This document shows positions 37,030-46,788 of a stretch of DNA of 64,000 bases, piece by piece. Under the pieces are notes generated by a model. That model did no database searches, was not told where the DNA came from, and saw only the letters and a list, made by a program, of their open reading frames with translations. Position numbers and translations under genes: made by a program. Each line of letters starts with the position of its first letter. Position 1 is the stretch's first letter. Source of the DNA: Thermoanaerobaculia bacterium (GTDB lineage: Bacteria > Acidobacteriota > Thermoanaerobaculia > Multivoradales > JBJKRB01); assembly GCA_046704885.1 (NCBI GenBank), contig JBJKRB010000082.1, positions 9,563-73,562 on the forward strand, given 5' to 3'.

Positions 37030-38419
37030 GGTCCCCGGCGACCGGCAGGCGCCGCTGCCCTTCGCTCCGGAGACGTACTCCGTCTCCGAGTTGTGCGGCG
37101 AAATCCGCGACATCCTGGCGCATGCCCTCTCCTCGCTCTGGGTCGTGGGTGAGGTGCAAAGGGTCAAGGCGAGTCAACGGGGCCACCTCTATTTCGAGCT
37201 CATCGAGAAGGGTGACCGCGACGAGATCGTGGGCAAGATCGATGCGGTCGCGTGGCGCAACGACCATCACCGGATTCGCCGGCTGCTCGAAGAAAACGGG
37301 CAACGTCTGGCCGAAGGGCAGGAAATTCGCTGCCGCGGCTCGGTCGACTTCTACCCCGCCGGCGGTCGTCTGCAGCTGGTCGTGCGGGAGGTCGATCCGG
37401 TCTTCACCCTCGGGATGCTCGAACGGCGGCGGCGCGAGACGCTGGCGGCTCTCCAGGCGGCGGGGAAGGTCGATCGCAACAGGCAGCTGCCACTCTCGCC
37501 CATCCCTCTCTCCCTGGCGCTCATCACTTCGGCGGGCAGCGCCGCCTACCACGACTTCGTTTCGGTGCTCGAGGCGAGCGGTTTCGGATTCAAAATCCTC
37601 TTCTTGCACGCCGCTGTGCAAGGCAGAGACGCCGAGGGTGAGATCAGCAGCGCGCTGCGTTCGCTCTCCTCGCTGCCGGACCTAGACTGCGCCGTCCTGA
37701 TTCGCGGCGGAGGATCGCGCAGCGACCTCGCCGCCTTCGACAGCCGGGTCATCGCCGAGGCGATCGCCGAAGCGCCGATCCCCGTGGTCACCGGCCTCGG
37801 CCATGAGATCGACCGTGCCATCGCCGACCTCGTCGCCCACACCGCTTCGACGACTCCGACCAAAGCGGCGGAGCTCCTCGTCGACCGGGTACGGGGAAGC
37901 AAGCAGCACTTGACCGAGCTCGGAGGCCGGCTGGAGCACAGCGCCACGCATGCGCTGATGGTCGCTCGGCACGCGGTGGAGCGCGCGGTGCTCCGCCTAC
38001 GCGGTTCCGGCGAGAGACTGCGCTCGGCCCAAGGACGCCTGGCTCGCTTGGTAGTAAGTTTGCGCGGCTCCGCTCTCGCCCGCCTGGGGTCGGAGGAGCG
38101 GCGGCGACGGGACATGGGCGCGCGCTTGGCGGTATCCGCGCCGCGCCTGCTCTCCCACCGCAAGCGCCGCCCGGAAGACCTGGCTGAGCAGGTGGCGAGC
38201 CTGGCCCAAAGCCAGCTGCGCGGGATCCGCGCTATGCTCGCCGAGCGCGCGAGACTGTGCCGTGACCTCGAGCCCAAGCGCACCCTGAGGCGGGGTTTCA
38301 GCATCACTCGCGACGTGGAGGGTCGCTCGATTCGCGACGCGCGCAACGTTGCTCCAGGCAGCCGGATTGCCACCGAGCTGGCAAACGGACGGCTCCTGAG
38401 CAAGGTGGAGGAAGAATGA
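36956..38419 (+). CDS. xseA: Exodeoxyribonuclease VII large subunit
   Basis: OB-fold N-terminus (LSVSEL-type: YSVSELCGEIRDIL) plus catalytic core ...AVLIRGGGSRSDLAAFD...VVTGLGHEID. The GTG at 36956 overlaps the upstream ORF by 74 nt. The true start may instead be TTG at about 37091. Confidence 0.8.
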   Translation: MRTKPSSGPRRSRSNPPRSLPPITEVPGDRQAPLPFAPETYSVSELCGEIRDILAHALSSLWVVGEVQRVKASQRGHLYFELIEKGDRDEIVGKIDAVAWRNDHHRIRRLLEENGQRLAEGQEIRCRGSVDFYPAGGRLQLVVREVDPVFTLGMLERRRRETLAALQAAGKVDRNRQLPLSPIPLSLALITSAGSAAYHDFVSVLEASGFGFKILFLHAAVQGRDAEGEISSALRSLSSLPDLDCAVLIRGGGSRSDLAAFDSRVIAEAIAEAPIPVVTGLGHEIDRAIADLVAHTASTTPTKAAELLVDRVRGSKQHLTELGGRLEHSATHALMVARHAVERAVLRLRGSGERLRSAQGRLARLVVSLRGSALARLGSEERRRRDMGARLAVSAPRLLSHRKRRPEDLAEQVASLAQSQLRGIRAMLAERARLCRDLEPKRTLRRGFSITRDVEGRSIRDARNVAPGSRIATELANGRLLSKVEEE

Positions 38420-38679
38420 GCGGAAAACGCGACAAAGAGCCCGACGATCTCGGTTTCAATGAGGCCATGGAGGAGCTGGAAGAGATTCTCCGCTCTATCG
38501 AGAGCGAAGAGGTCGACGTCGATCGCCTAGCCGAGGGGCTACAACGGGCAGCTCAGCTTCTCGAGATCTGCAGAGGCAAGATCCGGCGCGCCGAGGTCGA
38601 GGTCCGGCAGATCGTTCAGCGTCTCGAGCCCGAGTCCGCCGGTGAGGAAACAGGCGAGCCGGAGAAGGGTGACGAGTAG
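38416..38679 (+). CDS. xseB: Exodeoxyribonuclease VII small subunit
   Basis: 87 aa; FEEAMEELEEIL-type helix typical of XseB; ATGA overlap with xseA. Confidence 0.85.
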   Translation: MSGKRDKEPDDLGFNEAMEELEEILRSIESEEVDVDRLAEGLQRAAQLLEICRGKIRRAEVEVRQIVQRLEPESAGEETGEPEKGDE

Positions 38680-38682
38680 CCC

Positions 38683-38865
38683 ATGTTCCTGGGAAATCTC
38701 ATCTTTTTCGGATTCACCTTCCTCTCGGTGGCGGGAACCTACGCGGTCTGCCGCTACTTCAAGAAGAGCAACCTCTTCTCGACGATCACCGCGGTCGTCG
38801 TCTTCATCGCCTTCGTCGGCCTGTACATCGTCGCCACCTCGCTGGCGATCACCGGTTCGATGTAG
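38683..38865 (+). CDS. Small 2-TM hydrophobic protein (60 aa), hypothetical
   Basis: Strong GC3 codon bias consistent with coding; directly follows xseB. Confidence 0.4.
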   Translation: MFLGNLIFFGFTFLSVAGTYAVCRYFKKSNLFSTITAVVVFIAFVGLYIVATSLAITGSM

Positions 38866-38868
38866 GCG

Positions 38869-39756
38869 TCACGCTCCCCTGCGCTCGACCCCGGAGTAGT
38901 AGGCAAGGCATTCCGCCTCGCGGCCGCGAACGACCCGGCGTCCGGCGAGCCGTCCCCGGCTCTCCGTCACCACCGTCTGCTGCCCCTCCTGGTGATGGTC
39001 ATCGTAGGAGTAGATGACCACCCAATCGCGCGTCTTGCCGAGATCGTGGGCCCGCGCGGTATTCGAAAAGAGCGCGGTGAAGTGCCAATCACCTCGCACC
39101 GTGTGCAAGATGGGCAGCCAAGCTCTTCCCTCGGGATTGAAGCGCTTCGGAGCGATCTGGGGCAGCCTGCCGCTCGCGGCTTTATCCCGATAGTCACGGT
39201 CGACGTCGAGCAGGAGTTCGACGCCGGGGCCATGCAGCATTCCGGCGCGATTGGGAACGAGGCGCTTGCCGAGGAGGGTCGCGAGCGAAGCGCTGATTGC
39301 CGCCGCCCTGCGCTTTCCCACGCCGGGGATCGCTTCGAGTCGGCCCTCATGCGCCGCGGCCTCGAGCGCCTCGAGACTATCGACGCCGAGATGCTCGTGC
39401 AGGCGGCGGGCGAGCACCGGGCCGACGCCCGGTACGCCGCGAAAGAGTCTTTCCGGGTCGATCTCCCCGCGCAAGCGGTCGAGCTGACTCCAACGACCGG
39501 TGCGCACCATCTCCAGGATCGCCCGGCCGATTCCTTGGCCGACGTGGGGAAGGGCCACCAGTCCCTCCAGACCCTCCCCGTCGACGATCTCCCCCACGTA
39601 GCGGCCGAGGGCGGCGATGGTCGCGGCGGCGCTTCGATAGGCGTTGACGCGAAACGGATTCGCCCCTTGCTGACGCAACAGGTCCGCCGCTTCTCGCAGC
39701 TGGCGAGCGATGGTCTCGTTGCGACGTCGAGGTGGATGCTTCTGGAGCTCTCCCAT
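38869..39756 (-). CDS. PolX-family N-terminal-like helix-hairpin-helix DNA-binding protein (no recognizable polymerase palm motifs)
   Basis: IARQLREAADLLRQQGANPFRVNAYRSAA (pol beta 8-kDa-domain-like) and LVALPHVGQGIGRAILEM and IPGVGKRRAAAI HhH motifs. Start at the internal ATG with AGGAG 8 nt upstream. Confidence 0.55.
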   Translation of the reverse strand: MGELQKHPPRRRNETIARQLREAADLLRQQGANPFRVNAYRSAAATIAALGRYVGEIVDGEGLEGLVALPHVGQGIGRAILEMVRTGRWSQLDRLRGEIDPERLFRGVPGVGPVLARRLHEHLGVDSLEALEAAAHEGRLEAIPGVGKRRAAAISASLATLLGKRLVPNRAGMLHGPGVELLLDVDRDYRDKAASGRLPQIAPKRFNPEGRAWLPILHTVRGDWHFTALFSNTARAHDLGKTRDWVVIYSYDDHHQEGQQTVVTESRGRLAGRRVVRGREAECLAYYSGVERRGA

Positions 39757-40024
39757 GCGCCGTCTCCTCTCGTTGGAGGTCCCTTTGCAGAACCTATCGT
39801 TTTGCGTGGTGATCGAAACCGCCCCAATGGAGGGGTTCGGGGTGGGAGTCCTGCCCGCCCTCACGAGCGAGAGCTTCCCACCCCTGAACGCCGCGCCCCC
39901 TCCCCTGCCGGGTGTAGCGCAGTTGTCATAGCGCGTCTATTGTCACTTCAACGGCAAGTCCGACCCGCCCCCGTCGGCAGTGGTCCCTCAAACCCCGCAG
40001 TGGACGACAACCAGGAGGTACATC

Positions 40025-40552
40025 ATGACGGACGCAACACTCGCGAAGGGCAATCAAGAAGCGATGACCAAGGGCGAAAAGTCTCGGATGGCCAAGCCAT
40101 GGACGCTGTTTGATGAGATCGACGCGGAGTTCCAGCGCTTGCTTGAGCGCACGACCGGATTCATGCCGCGGATGATGACTCCGGGGCTCTTTCCGATCAT
40201 GCGCACCGAGCCGGCCTTCACCGGCTGGTATCCCAGCCTCGATGTCTACGAGAAGGACAACAAGCTCATGGTCAAGGTCGATCTTCCCGGTCTCAAAAAG
40301 GGCGACGTGCACGTCTCGTTCAAGGACGGGGACCTGATCATCGAGGGAGATCGGAAGGTGGAGAAGGAGCTGAAGGAGGAGGACTACTATCGGGCCGAGC
40401 GATCCTACGGGAAGTTCTATCGCCGGCTGCCGCTCCCCTTCGACGTCAAGGCCGACAAGATCAAGGCCAACTTCACGGATGGCGTCTTGCACGTCGAGCT
40501 TCCGATTCCGGCGGAGAGCCGCACCAAGCCGATCGAGATCAAGATCTCCTGA
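40025..40552 (+). CDS. Hsp20/alpha-crystallin small heat shock protein
   Basis: ACD domain with VDVYEKDNKLMVKVDLPGLKKGDVHV...DGVLHVELP; RBS caggaggt before the ATG. Confidence 0.9.
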   Translation: MTDATLAKGNQEAMTKGEKSRMAKPWTLFDEIDAEFQRLLERTTGFMPRMMTPGLFPIMRTEPAFTGWYPSLDVYEKDNKLMVKVDLPGLKKGDVHVSFKDGDLIIEGDRKVEKELKEEDYYRAERSYGKFYRRLPLPFDVKADKIKANFTDGVLHVELPIPAESRTKPIEIKIS

Positions 40553-40703
40553 AGCTCTTCGCGTTTTGAGCGGCGACGACCGCTCACTGGGCCGCGCTAC
40601 GAATCGTCCGACGCCTCGCCACCGGCGGCGAGGTTGCGAGCCGAACCGAGCGCGGCCCCGATTTTTCCCTCTTCATCGCCCCCGAGAGAGTTATCCTCCC
40701 CTC

Positions 40704-41669
40704 ATGGCGAGAGAACAACGCTTGGGCCGCACCGATCTCGAGCTCTCGGAGATCGGTCTCGGGTGCTGGCAGTTCTCGAATGGCGAGGGCCTCATCGGCC
40801 GCTATTGGCAGAAGCTCGACTCGGATGAGGTCCAGTCAATCGTCGATGCTTCCGTGGACGGGGGCGTCAACTGGTTCGACACCGCGGAGGCATACGGCCG
40901 CGGCGCCTCCGAGCATGCCCTGGCCCAAGCGCTGAAGGGTCGCGAGCCAGGACCACGCCTCTACGTCGCCGACAAGTGGTGGCCGACCTTGCGCAGCGCG
41001 GCGAACATCGGCGCCACGATCGAAAAGAGGATCTCCCGGCTTTCGCCCCTCGATATCGATCTCTATCAGGTGCACAACTCCTTTTCCATTTCGCCGGTGA
41101 GCTCCCAGATGAAGGCGATGGCCGACCTGGTCGCGGCTGGCAAGATCGGCGCGGTCGGAGTCAGCAACTTCTCGGCCCGGCGCACGCGCGCCGCGGTCCG
41201 AGCCCTTGCCCGTCATGGACTCGTTCTCGCCTCCAACCAGGTTCGCTACAGCCTTCTAGACCGCCGTATCGAGCGCAATGGAGTCCTCACGGCCGCGCGC
41301 GAGCTCGGCGTCTCGATCATCGCCTATTCTCCACTCGCGCAAGGACTGCTGAGCGGCAAGTTCCATCGCGACCCGGGGGCGGTCGAACGGCTCTCGGGTC
41401 CGCGCCGCAGCCTCCCCTCGTTTCACCGTCGGGGGCTGGCAAAGACCCGGCCGTTGATCGACGGGCTCGCTTCCATCGCGGAGGCGCGCGGAGCCACGGC
41501 GGCCCAAGTCGCCCTCGCCTGGACGGTGCAGTTCCACCCCGGGCTGGTCTTCGCGATTCCCGGAGCGACCTCCGCTTCCCAAGCCCGGGACAACGCCGCG
41601 GCCATGAAGCTCGAGCTCGCTCCGGATGAGCTCGCCCGCCTCGATCGGCTCTCCCAAGCTCTCGCCTGA
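40704..41669 (+). CDS. Aldo/keto reductase
   Basis: NWFDTAEAYG, LYQVHN and IPGATS motifs typical of AKR. Confidence 0.9.
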   Translation: MAREQRLGRTDLELSEIGLGCWQFSNGEGLIGRYWQKLDSDEVQSIVDASVDGGVNWFDTAEAYGRGASEHALAQALKGREPGPRLYVADKWWPTLRSAANIGATIEKRISRLSPLDIDLYQVHNSFSISPVSSQMKAMADLVAAGKIGAVGVSNFSARRTRAAVRALARHGLVLASNQVRYSLLDRRIERNGVLTAARELGVSIIAYSPLAQGLLSGKFHRDPGAVERLSGPRRSLPSFHRRGLAKTRPLIDGLASIAEARGATAAQVALAWTVQFHPGLVFAIPGATSASQARDNAAAMKLELAPDELARLDRLSQALA

Positions 41670-41710
41670 CCATCGGCCGACAGAGGGGAAGCCGCGCTAT
41701 TCTTGGCGCG

Positions 41711-42166
41711 ATGGACTCGCAAGAGATCAGGGCTGAAGAATCGGTTATCGAGGCGCTCGACGAGGTCGCCCGCGCCGCCTACCCGGAGGAGGGCTGCGCC
41801 GTGCTCATCGGCCAAGCGAGGCGCAAGCGGACCCGCCTCGATACCGTGCTGCCGGCCCGAAACGTCGCCGCTGACAACCGGAGGCGGCAGTTCATCATCG
41901 ATCCACAGGCCCTGCTCATCGCGCAGAAGGCTGCGCGCCAGCGGGAGAATGGGGTCGTCGCGTTCTTCCACTCCCATCCCGATCACCCCGCCGAGCCGAG
42001 CCCGGCGGACCGCGCCGCGGCGTGGCCCGGAGCCTTGCATTTAATCGCCAGCGTCACCTCGCGAGGAGTCGTCGATCTGGCGGCCTACTCTCTCGATTCG
42101 AACGGCACCTTCCAACCCCTGCCCCTTGCGGGAAGCGGGAGAGCACGCGGGGAAGGCGGGAGGTGA
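41711..42166 (+). CDS. JAMM/MPN+ metalloprotease (Mec+-like)
   Basis: E...HSHPDHPAEPSPAD = ExnHxHx7Sx2D JAMM motif; 151 aa; its stop overlaps the moeZ ATG (TGATG). Confidence 0.8.
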   Translation: MDSQEIRAEESVIEALDEVARAAYPEEGCAVLIGQARRKRTRLDTVLPARNVAADNRRRQFIIDPQALLIAQKAARQRENGVVAFFHSHPDHPAEPSPADRAAAWPGALHLIASVTSRGVVDLAAYSLDSNGTFQPLPLAGSGRARGEGGR

Positions 42167-43332
42167 TGTCCACGAAACCGAGCGCGGGCTCACAACTGTC
42201 CCCGGAAGAGCTGCGGCGCTACAGTCGTCACTTGCTCCTCTCGGAGGTCGGGCTCGCGGGCCAAAAGAAGCTCAAAGGCGCGCGGGTCCTCCTCGTTGGC
42301 GCCGGCGGGCTGGGCTCGCCCCTTGCCCTCTACCTCGCCGCCGCCGGCGTTGGAACGCTCGGGATCGCCGACTTCGACCGGGTCGACGCGACCAACCTCC
42401 AGCGCCAGGTCCTCTTCTCGACCGCGGACATCGGCGCTTCCAAGACGGAGATCGCCGCCCGGAGAATCCGAGCGCTCAACCCCGGGGTCGAGGTCGAGCC
42501 GCACGACGGACGTGCCAACGAGGTCAACGTCGACGAGCTCGTCGCGGCCTATGACCTTGTCGCCGACGGCAGCGACAACTTCGCCACTCGATATCTGATC
42601 AACGACAGCTGCGTCAGAGTGGGCCGGCCCGACGTGTGGGGAGCGGTCGAGCGCTTCGAGGGGCAGGTCTCGATCTTCGCGCATCCGCAAGGCCCGTGCT
42701 ACCGCTGCCTCTTCCCCGAGCCCCCTCCCCCCGAGCTCATCCCGACGTGCAGCGAGGCCGGAGTGCTTGGAGTGGTCCCGGGGGTCATTGGCTCTCTGCA
42801 AGCAACGGAGGTGCTGAAGCTCATCCTCGGGATCGGCGACGCCTTGATCGGCAGGCTCTTGCTCTTCGACGCGCTCTCCATGCGCTTTCGCGAGGTGCGC
42901 GTCGAGCGCGATCCCGCCTGCCCCGTCTGCTCGCGGACCAAGTCCGCGGCGGCGAATGTCGGCCGCGGCGGAGACAGAGATACTCATGAGGGTGAGAGCA
43001 CCGGCGAAGCGGACCTTGCCTTCGACCTGGCTCCGGCCGCGGCGCGGCAAATGCTCGCGGAAGGGCTCGCTGAGCTCGTCGACGTGCGCTTGCCGCCCGA
43101 GCAAGAGATCGCGGCGATTGCCGGGGCTCGGTCGCTGCCCTTGAATGAGCTCGGCGAGCGCTTCCGCGAGCTGCCGCGGGACCGCGACCTCATCGTCTTC
43201 TGTCACGTCGGTGCCCGCTCGACCTTCGCGGTCGAGTGGCTGCGAAGCCACGGGTTCGACCGCGCCCACAATCTCGCCGGTGGGATCGACGCCTGGAGCC
43301 GCGAGGTCGATCCGACGATTCCCCGTTACTGA
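42166..43332 (+). CDS. moeZ: MoeZ-like E1 adenylyltransferase/sulfurtransferase (ThiF/MoeB domain + C-terminal rhodanese)
   Basis: LLVGAGGLGSP nucleotide-binding motif; CYRC...CPVC zinc motifs; C-terminal rhodanese with active-site Cys in VFCHVGARS. Confidence 0.9.
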   Translation: MSTKPSAGSQLSPEELRRYSRHLLLSEVGLAGQKKLKGARVLLVGAGGLGSPLALYLAAAGVGTLGIADFDRVDATNLQRQVLFSTADIGASKTEIAARRIRALNPGVEVEPHDGRANEVNVDELVAAYDLVADGSDNFATRYLINDSCVRVGRPDVWGAVERFEGQVSIFAHPQGPCYRCLFPEPPPPELIPTCSEAGVLGVVPGVIGSLQATEVLKLILGIGDALIGRLLLFDALSMRFREVRVERDPACPVCSRTKSAAANVGRGGDRDTHEGESTGEADLAFDLAPAAARQMLAEGLAELVDVRLPPEQEIAAIAGARSLPLNELGERFRELPRDRDLIVFCHVGARSTFAVEWLRSHGFDRAHNLAGGIDAWSREVDPTIPRY

Positions 43333-43365
43333 TCCAGATGGAGTCAGCGGGACCCGAGAGCCAAA

Positions 43366-43389
43366 AGGAAGATGTAGGGGCGACCCATG
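43366..43389. terminator. Bidirectional hairpin between convergent moeZ and lipoprotein genes (stem aggggcgaccc / gggtcgcccct, loop atg)
   Basis: Perfect inverted repeat of about 10-11 bp read directly from the sequence. Confidence 0.5.
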
Positions 43390-43438
43390 GGTCGCCCCTC
43401 GACCAGTGCGGCAAAACTGGCGTCGCTTCGAGGACCGG

Positions 43439-44278
43439 TTACCCGTGCGGCGGCCGGGTCGAGGATGCCGGAGGCCGGGTCTTCTTGGCGCTGGGTTTCT
43501 TGGCTGGCGGTGGCGCCTTCGAGCCCGCCTTCACCGCCGGCCGGTAAATTCTCAACCTGTCACGATCGACCTGCCCCGTTGGCGCCGGCGGCTTCTTGAC
43601 GTTCTCCACCCGGTAGCGGGGAACGCGGACGCCCGCGTCACGCTCGAGCGTGCCCGCGGGGATGCCGCGATCGATGATCCCGTGCGCGGGATCACCCTCG
43701 TAGCGGGTCACGACCCTGGTGCGCTGCAGGATGCCGGCCTCGGCCGTTCTCCTCACGGCGTAGCGACGGATCTCCGGGTCGACGAAGTGGCGTGAGGGAA
43801 CGAACCACCACCATCCCGGATCGATCGAGTGATCTCCGAAGATGAGACCGGCCCCGACACTCCAGGTCACACCCGGGGGCAAGGGCGCCCAGCCCACCCA
43901 GCCGTCGCCATAGCGCCAGGCCACCCAAGCTGGAGACCAATCATGGCCTGGAGCCCAGTACCAGCCTAGGTGCGCGCTCCACCCCCAGCGACCGTAGTGA
44001 AACGGCGCCCAGCCCCATGGCCAGTAAGAAACCCACGTCCAACCGTAGTCGGTGAGAACCCATCGGCCGTAACTGTACGGCTGCCAGTCCGCTGCCATGC
44101 TGGCGGGAACCCAAACCCAACCCGGAGGATCGAGCCACACCCACTGGCCGTAGGGTGCCAAGCCATCGTAGAAGGAGCCCCATTCGACGGCCGCTCCGAC
44201 GCGCACGCTGGAGCCGGCATATCCTACGCAACCGGCGAGGAGCAGCCCGCTCAGCAGAACCAAGATGCCTTTGCGCAT
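43439..44278 (-). CDS. Lipoprotein with Trp/Tyr/Gly-rich repeats and a Lys/Pro-rich basic C-terminal tail (hypothetical)
   Basis: Signal peptide + lipobox LLAGC; repeats such as GWVWVP, YGWTWVSYWPWGW and GWYWAPGHDW. Start at ATG 44278, with AAGGAG 6 nt upstream. Confidence 0.6.
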   Translation of the reverse strand: MRKGILVLLSGLLLAGCVGYAGSSVRVGAAVEWGSFYDGLAPYGQWVWLDPPGWVWVPASMAADWQPYSYGRWVLTDYGWTWVSYWPWGWAPFHYGRWGWSAHLGWYWAPGHDWSPAWVAWRYGDGWVGWAPLPPGVTWSVGAGLIFGDHSIDPGWWWFVPSRHFVDPEIRRYAVRRTAEAGILQRTRVVTRYEGDPAHGIIDRGIPAGTLERDAGVRVPRYRVENVKKPPAPTGQVDRDRLRIYRPAVKAGSKAPPPAKKPSAKKTRPPASSTRPPHG

Positions 44279-44656
44279 GAGCATCTCCTTTCGCGCTCGT
44301 TGTCCCTCCTCGATTCCAGGATACGAAGCTCCACGACGGCGGACACGAGTCCCCCGGGCGGGTCGTCGAGTCGCGTCCGGGGGGTAGACCGCCACCTGCC
44401 GGGGCGGGCGAAGACGGGAACCTCTCTTGCGACCCGGGCGTGAGTCAGATCGCAAGGGGGGCTGCTCTCCCACCCTCCGACGACACGATCGCCACCCCAC
44501 CGGAGGTTGTCCTGGAGGGAGCCGGCGGGCGATCATGATCGCGGGCGAGGAGACGGGATCCGAAGCGAGGATCCACCATCCGTCGAAGGCGCCTAGAAGG
44601 TAGGAAACGACAACATCAGAGGCCCGCCACCAGCCTCGGCCACCAAGGAGGTTGCC

Positions 44657-45256
44657 ATGCGAGCGATGAGATGGGTGGTACTGGGAGGAACGGCTCTCTT
44701 GCTAGGAGCGCTCTCCCTTCCGGCGCAGGTAATCCGTGAGGACGGAGTCAAGTCGGTAGCCGGCACCCTGGGTGGAGTCGAGGCCCGCGCTTACGCGGAG
44801 TACTCGCTCAGCAGCTCGGGCGGAGAGATCCTGTTCGCCAGCATCGATGCGATGACCTACCAGAGCTCCGGCCGCAACGCGGAGGAGCACGCCACCGGGC
44901 TAATCACGCCGCTGGCGGGGGAGGGCGAGGATGGCGCGTGCACTGATGAGGGCGGCGATCAACTCTGTCTGCAGGTTATCGACAGCACTGGAGAAGTACT
45001 GTGCTGGGCCGAGCGCCCGAACTACCCCGGCTGGCAGCGGGACCCGCGTCTCGTCTGCATCCTGCCAACGGTGAGCAGCAAGCCCGAGACGTACTTCCTT
45101 CGTGTCGCACTCGCCGATCAGAGCTGCGCCGACCTGGTCTATCCAGAGGCGCCGCAGGATCGGCTGATTCCATACCTGCTCAACGTCAGTCTACGGAGAA
45201 TCGCGCCGCAAGGGCCGCTCGCCACCGCGGTGGCTCTCAGTAAGAGCCGGCTCTAG
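44657..45256 (+). CDS. Hypothetical secreted protein, 6 Cys
   Basis: Cleavable signal peptide (LLLGALSLPAQV); no recognizable domain. Confidence 0.5.
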   Translation: MRAMRWVVLGGTALLLGALSLPAQVIREDGVKSVAGTLGGVEARAYAEYSLSSSGGEILFASIDAMTYQSSGRNAEEHATGLITPLAGEGEDGACTDEGGDQLCLQVIDSTGEVLCWAERPNYPGWQRDPRLVCILPTVSSKPETYFLRVALADQSCADLVYPEAPQDRLIPYLLNVSLRRIAPQGPLATAVALSKSRL

Positions 45257-45340
45257 AGGCAACGCGGCGCGGGGGGGAGTGAGCGGGGCCCCCAAGGGCC
45301 TCAAGCGGAGAAGGAGTCCCCAACAGGAAAGGAGCAGAAA

Positions 45341-46585
45341 ATGTCGAGAACGAGACTGGTCTGGATCTGCACCTTAGCACTGGCTCTCGCTACCTTGCCG
45401 ATCAATTCGTTCGCCCAAGGAGGAGGGGGCGGTCATGTGTCTACCCCTGGCAACAACCTGTCGTTGCCGGTGATCTGGTCCGACGGGGTGAGCAAGGCCC
45501 TGCGCGGAACCTATGGAGCGCCGGTCTTCAACGGCGAGACGTTCACCGACGAGCTCGGCAACGTGTGGTACCTGCAGCAGGATGCGCTCAACGAGTGGCA
45601 GGCGGAGTCGGCCGACTGGAGCGGCGCCGCGGTCTACGTGGACTGGATCGACTGGGGCGACAACCTCGAGTCCAAGCCCTGGTATGACAGCTCCGTCGTG
45701 CGTGTCGAGACCGTGCTCTATCAAGACCTAGCGACTCCCATGACCGGCTTCGAGATGAGCCAGCTCTGGGGCCAGGGAACGTCCGAGATGTGGGGCACGA
45801 GTGGTAATACGTATGACAGCGACCAAGCGACCGTCTACTCCGGCTGCGCACGCTTCACCATCCAGAAGCTGACCAAGGACAAGGCCGATCCGACCTTCGC
45901 CATCGCCTGGAATCCGGCGACCGGGGCGTGGTACGGAGACGTTGGACCCGCGCTGCTCAACTCGGCGGTTTGGGAGGGAGCGGAAGGCTCGACCTCACCC
46001 TCCGTCTATAGCGCCGAGATCAACATCCCGGGCAAGGTCATCTATGGATATAACTGGAACCTGCGCAAGACCGGCGACGGGCCCGGCGTCTATCGCTTGA
46101 CCTTCAGCTTCGACGGAATGCTCGGCGGAATCGAGTGCCCGGTGACGCTCAACACCTTCTTCAACGCGGACACCGAGATCATGGCGAGCGTCGAAGTCAC
46201 GACCCTGGCATGGCCCAAGACTCCTCCGCTCGGGCCAACTGCGGCTGAGGGCGAGCCAGCTGGCGGCATTCCCGTGATCGACGTCGCCAACAACCTCACC
46301 TACATCGACGTCACCATCCTGCCGCGCTCCGGCAAGGGAGGCAATGACGGCAAGGGCGGCAAGGGCGGGAATGACGGGAATCCAGGTAATGGGGGCAACG
46401 GAGGCCACAAGGGTCCGGGAGGTGAAACAACCACCACTGGGACCGCGGTCACCAATGGCAATAGCGGCCATGCTACCAACCCAGGTAACGGCGGTGACGC
46501 CGGCAATGCCGGGAATGACGCGAATAAGGGTAACGGAGGCAACGGAGGCAATGGCAACGACAATAACAAGGGAGGAGGCCACTGA
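45341..46585 (+). CDS. Hypothetical secreted protein with a ~100-aa C-terminal Gly/Asn/Lys-rich low-complexity tail
   Basis: Signal peptide (ALATLPINSFAQ); a ~300-aa Trp-rich globular region; tail GKGGNDGKGGKGGNDGNPGNGGNGG...GNGGNGGNGNDNNKGGGH. Confidence 0.6.
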   Translation: MSRTRLVWICTLALALATLPINSFAQGGGGGHVSTPGNNLSLPVIWSDGVSKALRGTYGAPVFNGETFTDELGNVWYLQQDALNEWQAESADWSGAAVYVDWIDWGDNLESKPWYDSSVVRVETVLYQDLATPMTGFEMSQLWGQGTSEMWGTSGNTYDSDQATVYSGCARFTIQKLTKDKADPTFAIAWNPATGAWYGDVGPALLNSAVWEGAEGSTSPSVYSAEINIPGKVIYGYNWNLRKTGDGPGVYRLTFSFDGMLGGIECPVTLNTFFNADTEIMASVEVTTLAWPKTPPLGPTAAEGEPAGGIPVIDVANNLTYIDVTILPRSGKGGNDGKGGKGGNDGNPGNGGNGGHKGPGGETTTTGTAVTNGNSGHATNPGNGGDAGNAGNDANKGNGGNGGNGNDNNKGGGH

Positions 46586-46788
46586 GCCCCTGACCCTTTG
46601 AGCTACGAGTAGTCGCCTTGCTCCGGGGCCGTCGCTCTCTCCACTGCACTTGGGGCCCCCGGTACCATCCTCCCCCAAGTCCAGCCGCGAACGGCCCTGG
46701 AGCCTTTCTCGTCCGGCCCAGCACACCCCACCCTCGAGACGGATCGCCGCCAGACATGAACATGCGCTCGGATCGGCGGCAAGGAAGC

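Noticed and set aside
39923-39945. Direct repeat TTGTCA-N11-TTGTCA upstream of hsp20 as a heat-shock operator (CIRCE/HAIR)
   Set aside because: It matches neither the CIRCE (TTAGCACTC-N9-GAGTGCTAA) nor the HAIR consensus. It could simply be promoter elements; too weak to call.
40561-40640. Hairpins gagcgg-N6-ccgctc and cctcgcc-N6-ggcgagg downstream of hsp20
   Set aside because: Short stems without a following T-tract on the plus strand. Possibly weak terminators, but indistinguishable from chance in GC-rich DNA.
46586-46788. Terminator between convergent secreted-protein gene and LuxR regulator
   Set aside because: Only partial GC-rich inverted repeats (ccggggcc...ggggcccccgg) without a clear stem-loop/U-tract. 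Not confidently callable.
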